A stretch of DNA of 64,000 nucleotides from a virus, in the IMG/VR virus record IMGVR_UViG_3300044274_000305, one strand, 5' to 3'. Every line of letters starts with the position of its first letter. The first letter of the stretch is position 1. The position numbers and the translations under genes were made by a program. This document shows, one piece after another, positions 43,933-54,500 of this stretch. The notes beneath the pieces are model-generated. The model was not told where the DNA came from, did not search any database, and worked only from the letters and a program-made list of their open reading frames with translations.

Positions 43933-44406
43933 ATGCAGGGCATGAATATGGCTGAAATGGCACACGTCGTGAACGTGCTGCCCCCCCAGGACATCAACGG
44001 TGGCGCTGTCGGTGACCGGTTTCACATGAAGAAGCACCGCAAGGCTTCGATCATCATCGCGATCGGTGCTTCTGCTGCTGCCTTCACCAAGATCCTGGTG
44101 AACGAGTGTGATGCCGCTTCCGCTGGTAACTCGAACGCCATCGCCTTCAACGTCTACAAGGAAGAGACGGCTGCAGGCGATACCCTCGGCGCCCGGACCG
44201 CTGTCGCTGCCGCTGGCCTGACCCCGTCGGCCAACGACAACATCTTCTATGTCATCGATCTCGATGCCCGGGAGCTCACGGACGGTTTTCCGTTCGTCGA
44301 GGTGCAGCTTACCAACGCGTCCGGAAACTCGGTCCTTGCGTCCGTCGTCGCCGTGCTTACCGGCGCGCGATACGCGCACGATCAGAACGAGACGGTTCTC
44401 GCCTAA
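43933..44406 (+). CDS. head-associated structural protein (decoration-like)
   Basis: Directly after the capsid gene; GARY C-terminus. Confidence 0.55.
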   Translation: MQGMNMAEMAHVVNVLPPQDINGGAVGDRFHMKKHRKASIIIAIGASAAAFTKILVNECDAASAGNSNAIAFNVYKEETAAGDTLGARTAVAAAGLTPSANDNIFYVIDLDARELTDGFPFVEVQLTNASGNSVLASVVAVLTGARYAHDQNETVLA

Positions 44407-44460
44407 CCCACATCAACCAGGTCGGCGGCTTCGGCCGCCGGCGTGTTGCGGAGGTTTTCC

Positions 44461-45201
44461 ATGCAGTGTTTCCAGCTCGTGGGCTCAAAGCGGAGCCACG
44501 TCATCAATCTTCCGTTCTCGGCATACCAGTCTTGCAAGGCGAACGGGACGGTCGCCGATCTCGATGACCCGAATTATGCTCATTGGCCCGGATCGACCGC
44601 GGCGCCTGCTCCTGCACCGGTCGTTGAGCCGGTGAAACCGGATGCAGGAGCGTTGGAGAAAGAAGCCAATCTCGGGCTCACGATCCCGCTGCTCATGCCG
44701 GAGAATGGGTTGGGCCCGCTCGAGCTTGCCGCAATCGATAGGCCTATGGATGCAGGCCCGTTGTATGTCCGCGAGTTTCGTGGCGACAATACCGTTCCCG
44801 ACGGTGTCTACTGTGAGCGGGGATGGCCTCCGGTGATCGAGTTCGCGATCGAATTCCTCAACGATGACGCATTCAAAATCGACAGTGAAGGTCGCCTCGA
44901 GCTTTCGCTGACCAACGGCATCGCACTTTATCGCCCGGTCGGTGTCTGGTCTGCTGATCAGCGCCTCCTCTTCGCCGAATTCCTGGAAGGTGATTTCGTC
45001 CCGATTCCGGAGACGCAAACCGGCGAACAACAGCCGTCACAGGCGGGTGATGTATCTGCCAAGTCCGTCGATATCCCTGCTGACTGGATGGACCAACACC
45101 ACAACTGGAAGCGCGCCCGCGCCGCGGAAATTTCCAGCAAGGCTGTCGGATCGAAGGCCGAAGCCGAGAAAATCATCAAGGCCTATCTCGAGGCCAAATG
45201 A
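44461..45201 (+). CDS. hypothetical protein
   Basis: 246 aa ORF coupled to the next gene. Confidence 0.55.
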   Translation: MQCFQLVGSKRSHVINLPFSAYQSCKANGTVADLDDPNYAHWPGSTAAPAPAPVVEPVKPDAGALEKEANLGLTIPLLMPENGLGPLELAAIDRPMDAGPLYVREFRGDNTVPDGVYCERGWPPVIEFAIEFLNDDAFKIDSEGRLELSLTNGIALYRPVGVWSADQRLLFAEFLEGDFVPIPETQTGEQQPSQAGDVSAKSVDIPADWMDQHHNWKRARAAEISSKAVGSKAEAEKIIKAYLEAK

Positions 45202-45827
45202 GCCCTCCGGTCTTCACCGCTCTACCGGACTGGAGCGGGGCAACCGCCGTCATCATTGGCGGCGGTCCTAGCCTCACGCTCAAGCAAGTCCGGCAAATCG
45301 GCTTGTGCCGCCTCGAGCAGCGCTGCCGGGTTGTTGCGGTGAATGATGCGGTCTTTGTCGCGTGGTGGGCTGACTGGCTGCATGGCTGTGACGCCAAGTG
45401 GTGGATGTGGCACAGGAACACGGCGCAGCGCTTCCCCGGGATCAAGACGACGCTGAGCGAGACAGTGCCGGCGCCTTGGGTCACCGGTCTCTTGAAATCC
45501 AGCGGGCCGGACGGATTTGACCCGGAACCTGGAATGGTTCGCTCCGGATCCAGCGGCGTCTACCAGGTGATGCACGAGCTCATCAAGGCCGGGGTGAAGA
45601 AGATTGTCCTGGTCGGGGTCGACATGTCAGCCCCGGAAACTGGTGACACGCATTGGCACGGCATTCACGAGGGCCGGATGCATGTCGACTACGCCGCCAC
45701 GATGATTCCGGCATTCGACACCCTGAAGCCGGCGCTTCTGGACCACGGCGTTGACGTCGTCAATTGCAGCCCTGGAACCGCCCTCAATGCGTTCCGGCTC
45801 GGCGACCTGGTGACGGAGTTGCCGTAA
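45198..45827 (+). CDS. MptE/sialyltransferase-like (DUF115-type) glycan-transfer protein
   Basis: VIIGGGPSL, VVAVND, SSGVY, IVLVGVDM, HWHG. Confidence 0.6.
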   Translation: MSPPVFTALPDWSGATAVIIGGGPSLTLKQVRQIGLCRLEQRCRVVAVNDAVFVAWWADWLHGCDAKWWMWHRNTAQRFPGIKTTLSETVPAPWVTGLLKSSGPDGFDPEPGMVRSGSSGVYQVMHELIKAGVKKIVLVGVDMSAPETGDTHWHGIHEGRMHVDYAATMIPAFDTLKPALLDHGVDVVNCSPGTALNAFRLGDLVTELP

Positions 45828-46498
45828 TGCTCTTCGTTTGCTGGCTGTGGCGCGGTACCGGATTTGCAAAACGGACCGCAAAATATGACGGCCGCCATGT
45901 TGCCGCGCTCGCTTCGATGCTGCGCCGGCACGGTGGCCATGACCTTCTGTGCGTCACAGACGACGTTTCGGAGGTTCCGCACAACGTCAAGTTCGTGGAA
46001 ATGCCGGACCACGTCAAATCGCTGCAGGATTATCTGCCGAAGCTCTGGGCATGGTCTCCCGAGTTCCACCGGATCCTCGGATCCGGCCGGTTCGTATCGA
46101 TCGACCTCGATGTGGTGATCACGGACGACTTTTCCGACGTCTTTGACGCCGTCGCCCCGGTGATCCTTTGGGACAAGGCCAGCCGGGAGCTCTACAACAC
46201 GTCGCTTTTCTGCCTGGAAGTCGGCCGGCACCACGAGGTGTGGACCCGCCTGACTGCGGACGAGCTCATGAGGGCGAAGGCCCGCGCGGTCTACTGGACC
46301 GGTGATCAGTCCTGGGTCAGCCACGTACTAGGCCCGGGCGCTCTAACCTTCGGTGAGGAAAGCGGGGTGATGCAGTACCGCCCGCTTCAGCACCGGATCA
46401 CGAAACCGGAAGAGATGAAGGCAGGCTTCATGTGCGGGCCGTACAGCCCGGATGAGGAAGCCCTGTATTCGGAATGGGTGAGGAAGGAATGGCGTTGA
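45827..46498 (+). CDS. GT-A fold glycosyltransferase
   Basis: CVTDD, PKL, FVSIDLDVVI (DxD), YNTS, GDQ. Confidence 0.7.
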   Translation: MLFVCWLWRGTGFAKRTAKYDGRHVAALASMLRRHGGHDLLCVTDDVSEVPHNVKFVEMPDHVKSLQDYLPKLWAWSPEFHRILGSGRFVSIDLDVVITDDFSDVFDAVAPVILWDKASRELYNTSLFCLEVGRHHEVWTRLTADELMRAKARAVYWTGDQSWVSHVLGPGALTFGEESGVMQYRPLQHRITKPEEMKAGFMCGPYSPDEEALYSEWVRKEWR

Positions 46499-47037
46499 GA
46501 CCGGATCCGGTGTTCCCGGGCACGCAGCAGCACCTTTTGCTGTGCCAATGGGCTCAGCTCGAGGGATGGGAGAACGGCGCCGAGATTGGCGTGTTGAAGG
46601 GCAAGACGCTCTTCAACCTGCTCGATGCCTGCCCCGATCTTCACATGATCGGCGTGGACCAGTGGCATCACCTGCCGCCTTCGTCGGAGCCCGGTTCCGA
46701 GCACTATCGCAAGTTCAACATGGAGCGCATCGCGGCGGATGTACGGGCCCGGGCCGAGACTTACTCCCCGCGGTGCCTGATCCTGCGAATGGATTCCGTT
46801 TCGGCGGCCGAATGCGTCGAGGATGGCAGCCTGGACTTCGTATTCGTCGATGCGAGCCATACCTATCCGGCGGTGCGGGCCGATATCATGGCATGGGCGC
46901 CGAAGGTCAAGGAAACCGGGTATGTCTGCGGCCATGACTGGAACTGGCCGAGCGTCGAGCGTGCCTTGCATGAGGTTGTCCCGGGCTGGGAGAAGCACGA
47001 GGAAAACGTGTGGCGCATCGCCAAGGCCGCGCTGTGA
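46489..47037 (+). CDS. class I SAM methyltransferase (Methyltransf_24-like)
   Basis: GAEIGVLKG, GVDQW, DFVFVDASH, GYVCGHD. Confidence 0.85.
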   Translation: MALRPDPVFPGTQQHLLLCQWAQLEGWENGAEIGVLKGKTLFNLLDACPDLHMIGVDQWHHLPPSSEPGSEHYRKFNMERIAADVRARAETYSPRCLILRMDSVSAAECVEDGSLDFVFVDASHTYPAVRADIMAWAPKVKETGYVCGHDWNWPSVERALHEVVPGWEKHEENVWRIAKAAL

Positions 47038-47855
47038 TGAAGGTCGCGCTGCACGTCAATCACGCCGAGCACCAGAAGACCAACGCCGGTTGGATGGCTG
47101 AGGGACTGCGCCGCCACGGGCATGAGACGTTCTTTGTCCCCTTTGACCAGCCGGCCGAATGCGACATGGCCGTGGTCTGGGGTTGGCGGCAGAAGATGGT
47201 CGAAATGCGCTGCCGGCGCAATGGGACGCCGTTGCTCGTGATGGAGCGCGGACACATTCAGCCCCGCTTCGAATTCACGTCTTGCGGTTTCGGCGGGATC
47301 CAGCGCCATGCCGAATACCCGGACATCACCGACCCGTCCCGGTGGAACAAGCTGTTCTCGCATCACCTCGAGCCCTGGAAAGGTGCCGGGGAATACGCAC
47401 TGATCTGCGGACAGGTGAGGGGGGATGCCTCGATCGGCAACCTGAACATCGTCGATTGGGGCAACCAGGTGACCCGGGAACTGAACGATTTGGGATACGA
47501 GGTGGTCTACCGGCCACACCCATTCTCGATCAGGCATAGCGACAACTTTTGCCCCGCCGGCGCCCGGCTTTCGCTGGACCCGTCCCTGGAAAGCGACATG
47601 GAGCACGCCGCCTTTGTGGTGGTGTACTGCTCCACCGCCGGTGTCGAGGCGGCATTGGCCGGTGTACCGGTTGTGACCCTCAACGATGGAGCAATGGCAT
47701 GGCCCGTAGCGAGTCACGTCCTGACAGACCCGATCGTGAAGCCGGACAGGACGGAGTGGATGAGCCGGCTTGCCTGGACGCAGTGGACCAAAGAAGAGCT
47801 CTGCGCCGGCGTGGCGTGGGATGCCTTGAAGACTTGCGCCTCGATCGCGCACTGA
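47037..47855 (+). CDS. capsule-synthesis-like (KpsC/KpsS-type) GT-B glycosyltransferase
   Basis: VMERG, GQV.GD, YRPHP, CSTAGVEAALAGVPV. Confidence 0.65.
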   Translation: MKVALHVNHAEHQKTNAGWMAEGLRRHGHETFFVPFDQPAECDMAVVWGWRQKMVEMRCRRNGTPLLVMERGHIQPRFEFTSCGFGGIQRHAEYPDITDPSRWNKLFSHHLEPWKGAGEYALICGQVRGDASIGNLNIVDWGNQVTRELNDLGYEVVYRPHPFSIRHSDNFCPAGARLSLDPSLESDMEHAAFVVVYCSTAGVEAALAGVPVVTLNDGAMAWPVASHVLTDPIVKPDRTEWMSRLAWTQWTKEELCAGVAWDALKTCASIAH

Positions 47856-47877
47856 ACCGTCGGGACATCGTCACCAA

Positions 47878-48507
47878 ATGAAGCCTTCAGAACTCAATCT
47901 CCCGGCGGTCGCCACAACGGCGCCGACGCCGGCGGAGATCCTTACCCTTCTCGCTGTCGCAGACCTGAAGGCTGCCCGCCGTGTCCAGCACTCGGTCGAG
48001 GATACGCTCTACAGCGACGCGATCAAGGAGGCCTTCGATTTCTTCGACGCCAAGGGATGGTTGAACCGGGCAATTCTGACGCAGACCTGGAAGGCGTATC
48101 CGCCGAAGTGGGACACCATTATCGAATTGCCATTCCCTCCGCTGCAGAGCGTCACCGGGATCACTTATGTCGACAATGCTGGGGCGACACAGACCTTGTC
48201 GACTGACGTTTACGGGGTATCGACCAAAGGACTGTTCGGTTCTGTGTACCTCAAGACCAACCAATCGTGGCCGGATCTTTACACCGATCCGAACCCGATC
48301 GAGATCACCTTTATATGCGGCTATGGAGCCGGTGCCGCGGTGCCGGCCGGTATCCGGAAGGCGATCAAGCTCCTGGCCGTGCATTACTTCGAAAACCAGT
48401 CCCAGACCTTTGCCGAGCCCCGCCTCGTCGAGGTGCCGCGCAAGATCATGTACGGCATCGAGGCGGCGGCCGGGAAGTTCAAAATCATGAATGATCAGGC
48501 TGCGTGA
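47878..48507 (+). CDS. head-tail connector (gp6/gp15-like)
   Basis: RAILTQTW, LPFPPLQSV, VPAGIRKAIKLLAVHYFENQ. Confidence 0.85.
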   Translation: MKPSELNLPAVATTAPTPAEILTLLAVADLKAARRVQHSVEDTLYSDAIKEAFDFFDAKGWLNRAILTQTWKAYPPKWDTIIELPFPPLQSVTGITYVDNAGATQTLSTDVYGVSTKGLFGSVYLKTNQSWPDLYTDPNPIEITFICGYGAGAAVPAGIRKAIKLLAVHYFENQSQTFAEPRLVEVPRKIMYGIEAAAGKFKIMNDQAA

Positions 48508-48514
48508 GGGCGAA

Positions 48515-48745
48515 ATGACCGAGTTGAAACTGGAAGACCTGAGCCGCTTGTCGGTGAAGAACGGTGACATCGTTGTGGTTCGGCTGCCGGTCGAACCATC
48601 CGCAGAGAACGTTGACCGCGTCAGGGATGCGGTCAAGAAGATACTGAGCCGCCAAGGTTTCCATGGCGTCGAAGTGCTCGTCACCGGCCCGGGCGTCGAG
48701 ATTTCGGTTCTTTCCAACGATGTGGGCGAGAAGTCCGCAGCGTAA
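48515..48745 (+). CDS. hypothetical protein
   Basis: 76 aa, GAGG SD. Confidence 0.5.
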   Translation: MTELKLEDLSRLSVKNGDIVVVRLPVEPSAENVDRVRDAVKKILSRQGFHGVEVLVTGPGVEISVLSNDVGEKSAA

Positions 48746-49125
48746 TGCGCACCATTAAACGCGACTGCTACGTGCAGTTTCAGACCCGGTCCTCGTCGGT
48801 GGACGCGGATTACAACGTGCCGGCCGCAGGGGCATGGACCGTGGAGCGGGCCCGTTGGGTGGAGATCAGGAACAAGGGCGGCCGGGAACGGAACGCGGGC
48901 GGGGCGAAGGAAAGCACCGCAAAGCGGACCATCGTCGGTGACTTCCTCGACCTGGACGGCGTCGACGCAGCGATGCGCATTGTCTGGGATCCGCAAGGCA
49001 CCTTCGATGACGGTACCGGAGACCGGTACGCCTACTTCAAGATCGAAGCCGTCAATCCGGACCGGGTGACCCGGGACGTCACTGTTATTGACGCTCTCGA
49101 AACGGACAAGAACGCCGCAGCATGA
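48745..49125 (+). CDS. head closure / head-tail adaptor
   Basis: Position and WVEIR..GGRE motif. Confidence 0.65.
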   Translation: MRTIKRDCYVQFQTRSSSVDADYNVPAAGAWTVERARWVEIRNKGGRERNAGGAKESTAKRTIVGDFLDLDGVDAAMRIVWDPQGTFDDGTGDRYAYFKIEAVNPDRVTRDVTVIDALETDKNAAA

Positions 49126-49637
49126 ACCGCAGACTTGGGATGACCCTTACCGGCGACACCGCACTGGTATCGGCGCTGGCGGAGCTTGGCCGTGCGATCG
49201 GCGGCCCGGTGCTGGACTCGTCGCTGCGCAAGGGTGCGAACGTCCTGAAGCCGGAGATCCAGAAACGCTGGGACGCCAACAAGCACGTCAACCAGACCGC
49301 CGCGCGGACGAGGGGTCAGGCCGTTGCCGTGGTGAAGCAGCCCGGCCAACCTCGGCACTCTCCGGTGATGACCGTCGGCATGGCCGGAGGCGCGATCAAC
49401 ACGGCCCATTGGGTGGAGTTCGGCACGCAGCGGCACTCGGTCAGGCCAGGCGCTTCGATCCGTCGCGGAATCTTTGTCGGCATGCCGCCGATGCATCCGG
49501 GCAACCCCGCAAGGCCGTTCTTCGGTCCGGCGTTCGAAGCCAAGGGCGACGAGGCCAAGAACGTCATCATGACTGACCTGGCGCAGAAGATAGAAGCCAA
49601 GGCGGCTCAGCTGCACGCAAGGAGCTTCCGGCGATGA
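49122..49637 (+). CDS. HK97 gp10-like neck protein
   Basis: AHWVEFGT..PARPFFGPAFE. Confidence 0.8.
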   Translation: MNRRLGMTLTGDTALVSALAELGRAIGGPVLDSSLRKGANVLKPEIQKRWDANKHVNQTAARTRGQAVAVVKQPGQPRHSPVMTVGMAGGAINTAHWVEFGTQRHSVRPGASIRRGIFVGMPPMHPGNPARPFFGPAFEAKGDEAKNVIMTDLAQKIEAKAAQLHARSFRR

Positions 49638-50032
49638 GCGCAACCGCGATCACGATCAAGTGCCTTCTCGGAATTGGTGGCGTCACGGCCATCGTCGGTA
49701 CTCGCATCTACCCGACGATCATCGAGGCGGAGAAGGATCTGCCGGCGATCGCGGTCCGGCTCAGCGGGCAGGGCGAGGCCTACAACCTTTCCGGTGCGGA
49801 CCACTACCCGACTTCGACGGTCACCGTCACTTGCATCGGCAAGGATCCGGCGGAAACCGACCGGCTCGGCGAAGCCGTCGAGGCTGCGCTGAAGGACTTC
49901 CGCGGCGCGGTGACCACCAGCGTCAAAACCTACTCCGCAATCTTCATGAAGGATCCCAGCGATGGCGCGTTCTACGAAGACCTCGTCGAAAACTACCGGC
50001 GCTCCTCGGACTACAGACTCCGCTGGAGATGA
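49634..50032 (+). CDS. tail terminator (DUF3168-like)
   Basis: VGTRIYP..LPAI; position. Confidence 0.7.
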   Translation: MSATAITIKCLLGIGGVTAIVGTRIYPTIIEAEKDLPAIAVRLSGQGEAYNLSGADHYPTSTVTVTCIGKDPAETDRLGEAVEAALKDFRGAVTTSVKTYSAIFMKDPSDGAFYEDLVENYRRSSDYRLRWR

Positions 50033-50269
50033 GGTCACAAAGCTTGTTCCCGACGGCTGCGGTATGATTTCCCAGCCGTGGCACGGTTATCCACGGTGGG
50101 CATGCAAAACCTGCCGATTTGAGACCTTTGACCCGGCCGAGGCGAAGCGGAAGTTGCTCGCTGTCTGCGGTGTCAAAGCCGTTTTCTCACCCCCTTCGCA
50201 ACCCGAAGACCCGGTACTGGAGCAATCAGATCTCCAGCCGGAAAGCCATGACCAAGAGGAGATCTGAAA

Positions 50270-50740
50270 ATGGCTGCCAATAGTGGTTTCATCGGCCTTG
50301 GTGCCGCGCTCAAGATCGGCGACGGGGCTTCTCCGGAAGCCTTCGCCGCGATCGCCAACGTCAAATCGATCAGCGGCCCGGGACGGACGGCTGAAATCGT
50401 CGACACGACCCATCTCGGTTCGACTGGCGGGTATCGTGAGAAACGCCCGCACCTGAAGGATAGCGGCGTCATCTCTGCCGAAATGTCGTTCGACCCGAAC
50501 CACGCCACGCACAAGAACGCTGCCGGCGGCTTGATCTACATCTTCGAGAACAGGCTGCTGAAGAACTTCCTGCTGGACTGGACCGGCTGTGTCGACGCCT
50601 CCGGTACCGCCATGACATGGGGCGAATTGTTCGCCGGTTACGTGACCAATCTGTCGCAGTCCACGCCGATGGATGACCTGGTGACCATGTCGCTGGAAAT
50701 CACCCTGACCGGCGCTTCGACGCTCACGGACCTGTCGTAA
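50270..50740 (+). CDS. tail tube protein
   Basis: LKIGDGASPEAF, VDTTHLGS..GYRE..LKDSG. Confidence 0.85.
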   Translation: MAANSGFIGLGAALKIGDGASPEAFAAIANVKSISGPGRTAEIVDTTHLGSTGGYREKRPHLKDSGVISAEMSFDPNHATHKNAAGGLIYIFENRLLKNFLLDWTGCVDASGTAMTWGELFAGYVTNLSQSTPMDDLVTMSLEITLTGASTLTDLS

Positions 50741-50741
50741 C

Positions 50742-51517
50742 ATGACGGCCAACAAGTTCACCAAGGAAGTGCCGGTCCCGGAGCTCGGGGCCGGCTATAA
50801 GCTGCGAATAGGCATGAATGCCTTCGCGGCGATCGAGATGGAATACGCCCGGGAGGATCAGCTTTCCGGGACGCAGGAATACTGGTCGCGCGTTGCGAGC
50901 CTCCTGGAAACAGGATCGCCGATGGCCGTCATGTTCGTCGTTGGCGTCGGTCTATGCGACGGCGACGGAAAGCGTGTTGAAGACTTCGATCTTGATGAGG
51001 CGTTCAACACGAACCCGGAACTGACGATCGACGTACTCGCTAAGCACTGCCTGGACGCTCTTTCCCTCGGCCGGTTTGGCAAGACCTTCGAAGACCTTCT
51101 GATTGAGGTCGCCGAACGCGAAGCCAAGGGCAGGGAGGCGAAGGAAGCCGAAAACCCTCCGAAAAGCCCGGACACTGGATCGAACGGCTAAAGCGTGCCG
51201 CGTTCAAATGCGGCATGAAGCCGGCCGAGTTCTGGGCTGAAACTCCTGCAGAACTGACCGACTGGATTGGAACCGTCTCCGAGTTCAAAGCGAAGCGGGA
51301 TGCAATCCAGGCATGGCAGATCGCGAACCTCGTTCGCATCGGCCACCACGCTCCCAAGAAGTTCCCCGATCTCAAGAAGCTCCTCGAGCCTTCCGCACCG
51401 GAAAAGCCGCTCACCAAAGCGCAGCGCGAAGTTCAGCTGATGCTTTCCGGGCAGATCAAAATCGATCCCGCCACCTTGCCGCCCTGGGCCTTGAAAGAGT
51501 CGAAGGTAAAGAAGTAG
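50742..51517 (+). CDS. tail assembly chaperones G/GT joined by a programmed -1 frameshift (A AAC CCT, 51152-51158)
   Basis: Frame 0 stops at 51191; the -1 frame is open from the heptamer into ORF 51215-51517. Confidence 0.7.
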
Positions 51518-54500
51518 ATGGTCCAGCCGATCGGGAACCTCATCGTCAATCTGCGGATGAACGGATCCGAGTTTGCCTCGGATCTCAGCCGGACATCCGC
51601 GCGTACCGCCGCCGAAACGCGGCGGATGCGCACCAGCCTTGACGGCACGACGCGCTCGATCGAGAACCTGCGCCGTGCCGGCCACTCCCGGATCATCGGT
51701 CATGGGTTTTTGGCCGGCGCCCGCAGCCTCGACAGCCTCACCCGCCGCGCGGAATTTCTTCGCGCCACCATGCTCAGCCTTACCGCCGTGTTCGGTGGTC
51801 TCTCCACCGCTCTGGTGGCCAATGCTGTCACCGCAATGGCGGACAGTTACACGAACCTCAACAACCAGCTGAAGACCGTCACCAAGACGGAGCAGGAACG
51901 GCTGCTTGTCGAGGAGGCGTTGTTCAACATCTCCCAGGACACCCGTACCGGTCTCCGCGAAAACGCGGTGCTGTTTACGCGTATCACCCGCGCCACCGAT
52001 CGGATGAACCTCTCACTCGAGCGCCGGCTCGACCTGACACGCACGCTGCAGAAAGGCTTTATTGCCGGCGGTGCGACGTCTCAGGAAGCGAGTTCGGCCG
52101 CTATCCAGCTTACCCAGGGCCTTGCAGCTGATCAGCTTGGGGGTGAAGAACTCCGGGCGCTGAAGGAAACGCCGCTTGGTGCCCTCTTGGCCGAGGGGCT
52201 TGGCGTCGCCGTCGGTGATCTGAAGGAGATGGGTGCTGCCGGCGAACTCACCGCGGAGCGCATCGTTGCCGCGTTCGAGAAGGTCGCTCCGAAGATCGAC
52301 GAGCTTTTCAGCCGGACCCAGGTCTCCATTTCCCAGAGCTTGACCAGGCTCGATAACGCCTTTGTCCGGTACATCGGCTCGCAGGACAAGAGCCTTGGCG
52401 CTACCCAGATGGTGGCCAATGGCCTGAATGCCCTTTCGGAGAACATAGACACCGTTGCGGAGTCGATCATCGCCCTTACCGCAGCCTTCGGTGCCCGGTG
52501 GGTCGGCGCCGCCTTCGGCCGGAACGTGAAGTCCGTCACCGATGGCATGGCACAGACAAAGGCCGCGTTGCAGAGCAATGTGGTCCAGGCTCAGGAGATG
52601 GCGAACAAGGCCGGCCTGATCCAGCAGGGCTATGCTGCTCAGCGGTCCGAGATCCTGAAGACGGTAGCGGCGCACAAGACTCGCATTGGCCAGCTCATCG
52701 AGGAGCAGGCAGCGTACCGGCGGAACATCACGATCGCCCGGGAACAGCAGCGCGTCGCGGCGCAGCAGGTTGACGCAATGCGCGCTCAGGGCCGACAGGG
52801 CTTTGGTTTCGCCTTTGGGCAGGGAGAGATCCGTGCGGCGGAACGCGATCGTCAGCGCGCCGCCGCAGCCGCTCTCCAGTCCCAGAAGGCGCTCAGGGCA
52901 TCGAGCGCAGAATTGGCGGCGGAACAGAACAGATTGCGGTCCGCTCAGGCAGCACTGATCCCGGCGAACCGGAACTACGCCGCTTCTGCCAAGGGCGCTG
53001 CAGCTGCCACGACTTCCCTCAACACGGCCATCGCCGCGACCACCGTGCGGGCGCGCGCCGCCGCGGTCGGTATGCGGGCACTGTCCGGCACCATGGCATT
53101 CTTCGGCGGGCCTATCGGCCTGGCCATCACCGGTATCAGCCTTGCGCTGCTCTATACCGCTCAGAACTCGGCCCGGGCCGCGCAGAAGGGGCAGGAGTAT
53201 GTCGACGCTCTGACCGCTCAGCAGCGCGAGGCCCTTGGCCTCACCAGCACGCTCGACCAGCTGAGCGAAGGTTATCTCAACACTGCGACCGCTGCCGCAA
53301 AGCTGCGAGAAGAGGAAAAAGCCCGGGCCGCACAGGCGGATGCCAAGGCCTACATGAATGACCTGATCAGCCTTGCATTCGAGTTGCAGCAGGTAACCGC
53401 TGACTTCTCGTTCATGGACCTCTTCGGGGATCTCGACAACGCCAACCAGGCGCGGATCCAGGAGCTCACCCGCAAGTTCCTCGACGGTGAAATGCAGGCC
53501 AACGATTTCGCCGAGGCGATTTCGGAGGTCGCCCTCGAAGTGCGCGACATCGGCAAGTATGCCTCGGCCATCAATCAGCTCGTCGGACAGCTTCAGGGCG
53601 CGGAAGCCGTGGCGGCCAACGTCGCTTCAAGGATCCGGGGTATCAGTGATGCCCTTGCTGAAGTCGGGAAGACCAATGCCGTCGTAGAGGGACTGGCCAA
53701 GATGAAGTCCGGTATGGCCGGTCTGGAAGAGGAACTGGCGAACAGCAAGCTCTCCTCGACACAGAAGGCGATTGTCCGGGAAACGGAACGGCTCAATAAG
53801 GAATACAACGTCGGCAAGGACATTGCGGCGGACTATGCCGAAAGGATCGTCAAGAATAACGAGGCGGTCAAGGAAGGGGAGAAGGCTGCGCGGAAAGCCG
53901 CCCGTGGTCACAGCGCTGCGGCAAAGGCCGCCGGCACCCTCAGCGAGAAATTGGCGGAGCTCGAGCAGCGCGCCGCCGTTGGCTTCCTCAGCGATCTGGA
54001 CCGGGAAGCTGTTTCGACGGCTCAGTCCATCAATGTTGCTGCGGCCGATGTGCAGCGGTTTATTGATGCGGCGACGAGCGGCAAGCTGCAGGAAGCTCCG
54101 GCCGTCATGCTCCGGATCCGGGATGCGCTCCAGGCCATCGCGACGGAAGAGCGGGCCCGTGATCTCATCGAAGAGACCGCAACCGCGACGGAGAAGCTGA
54201 AGAAGAAGCAGGAAGAGCTCAGCGCCGTTGTGGCCAAGCATCCCGAGCTTGCTGGACGGGCGCAACAAGCCTTTGCGGATTACGCCCTCAGCCTCGACGA
54301 GTTCTCATGGATCAACGATGCCAGCCAGGCCGTCGGCGACTTCCTGAAGTCCGCGATCACAGATGCGGAGAACCTGGACGAGGCGTTCGAGAATCTTGTG
54401 AAGCGGCTCGGCGAGATCGCGCTGCAGGCCTTCGTCATCGAACCGTTGATGCGGAGCCTGAGCCGATCCATGGCAGGGTTCGCGGGTGGCGGCATCGGTG

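Noticed and set aside
40246-43963. Long antisense ORFs opposite portal, protease and capsid (also opposite helicase, primase and others)
   Set aside because: Shadow frames expected from high-GC codon bias; no motifs.
49962-50267. ORF with CKTC between tail terminator and tail tube
   Set aside because: May be real, but the start is unclear and it overlaps the upstream gene; not supported enough to call.
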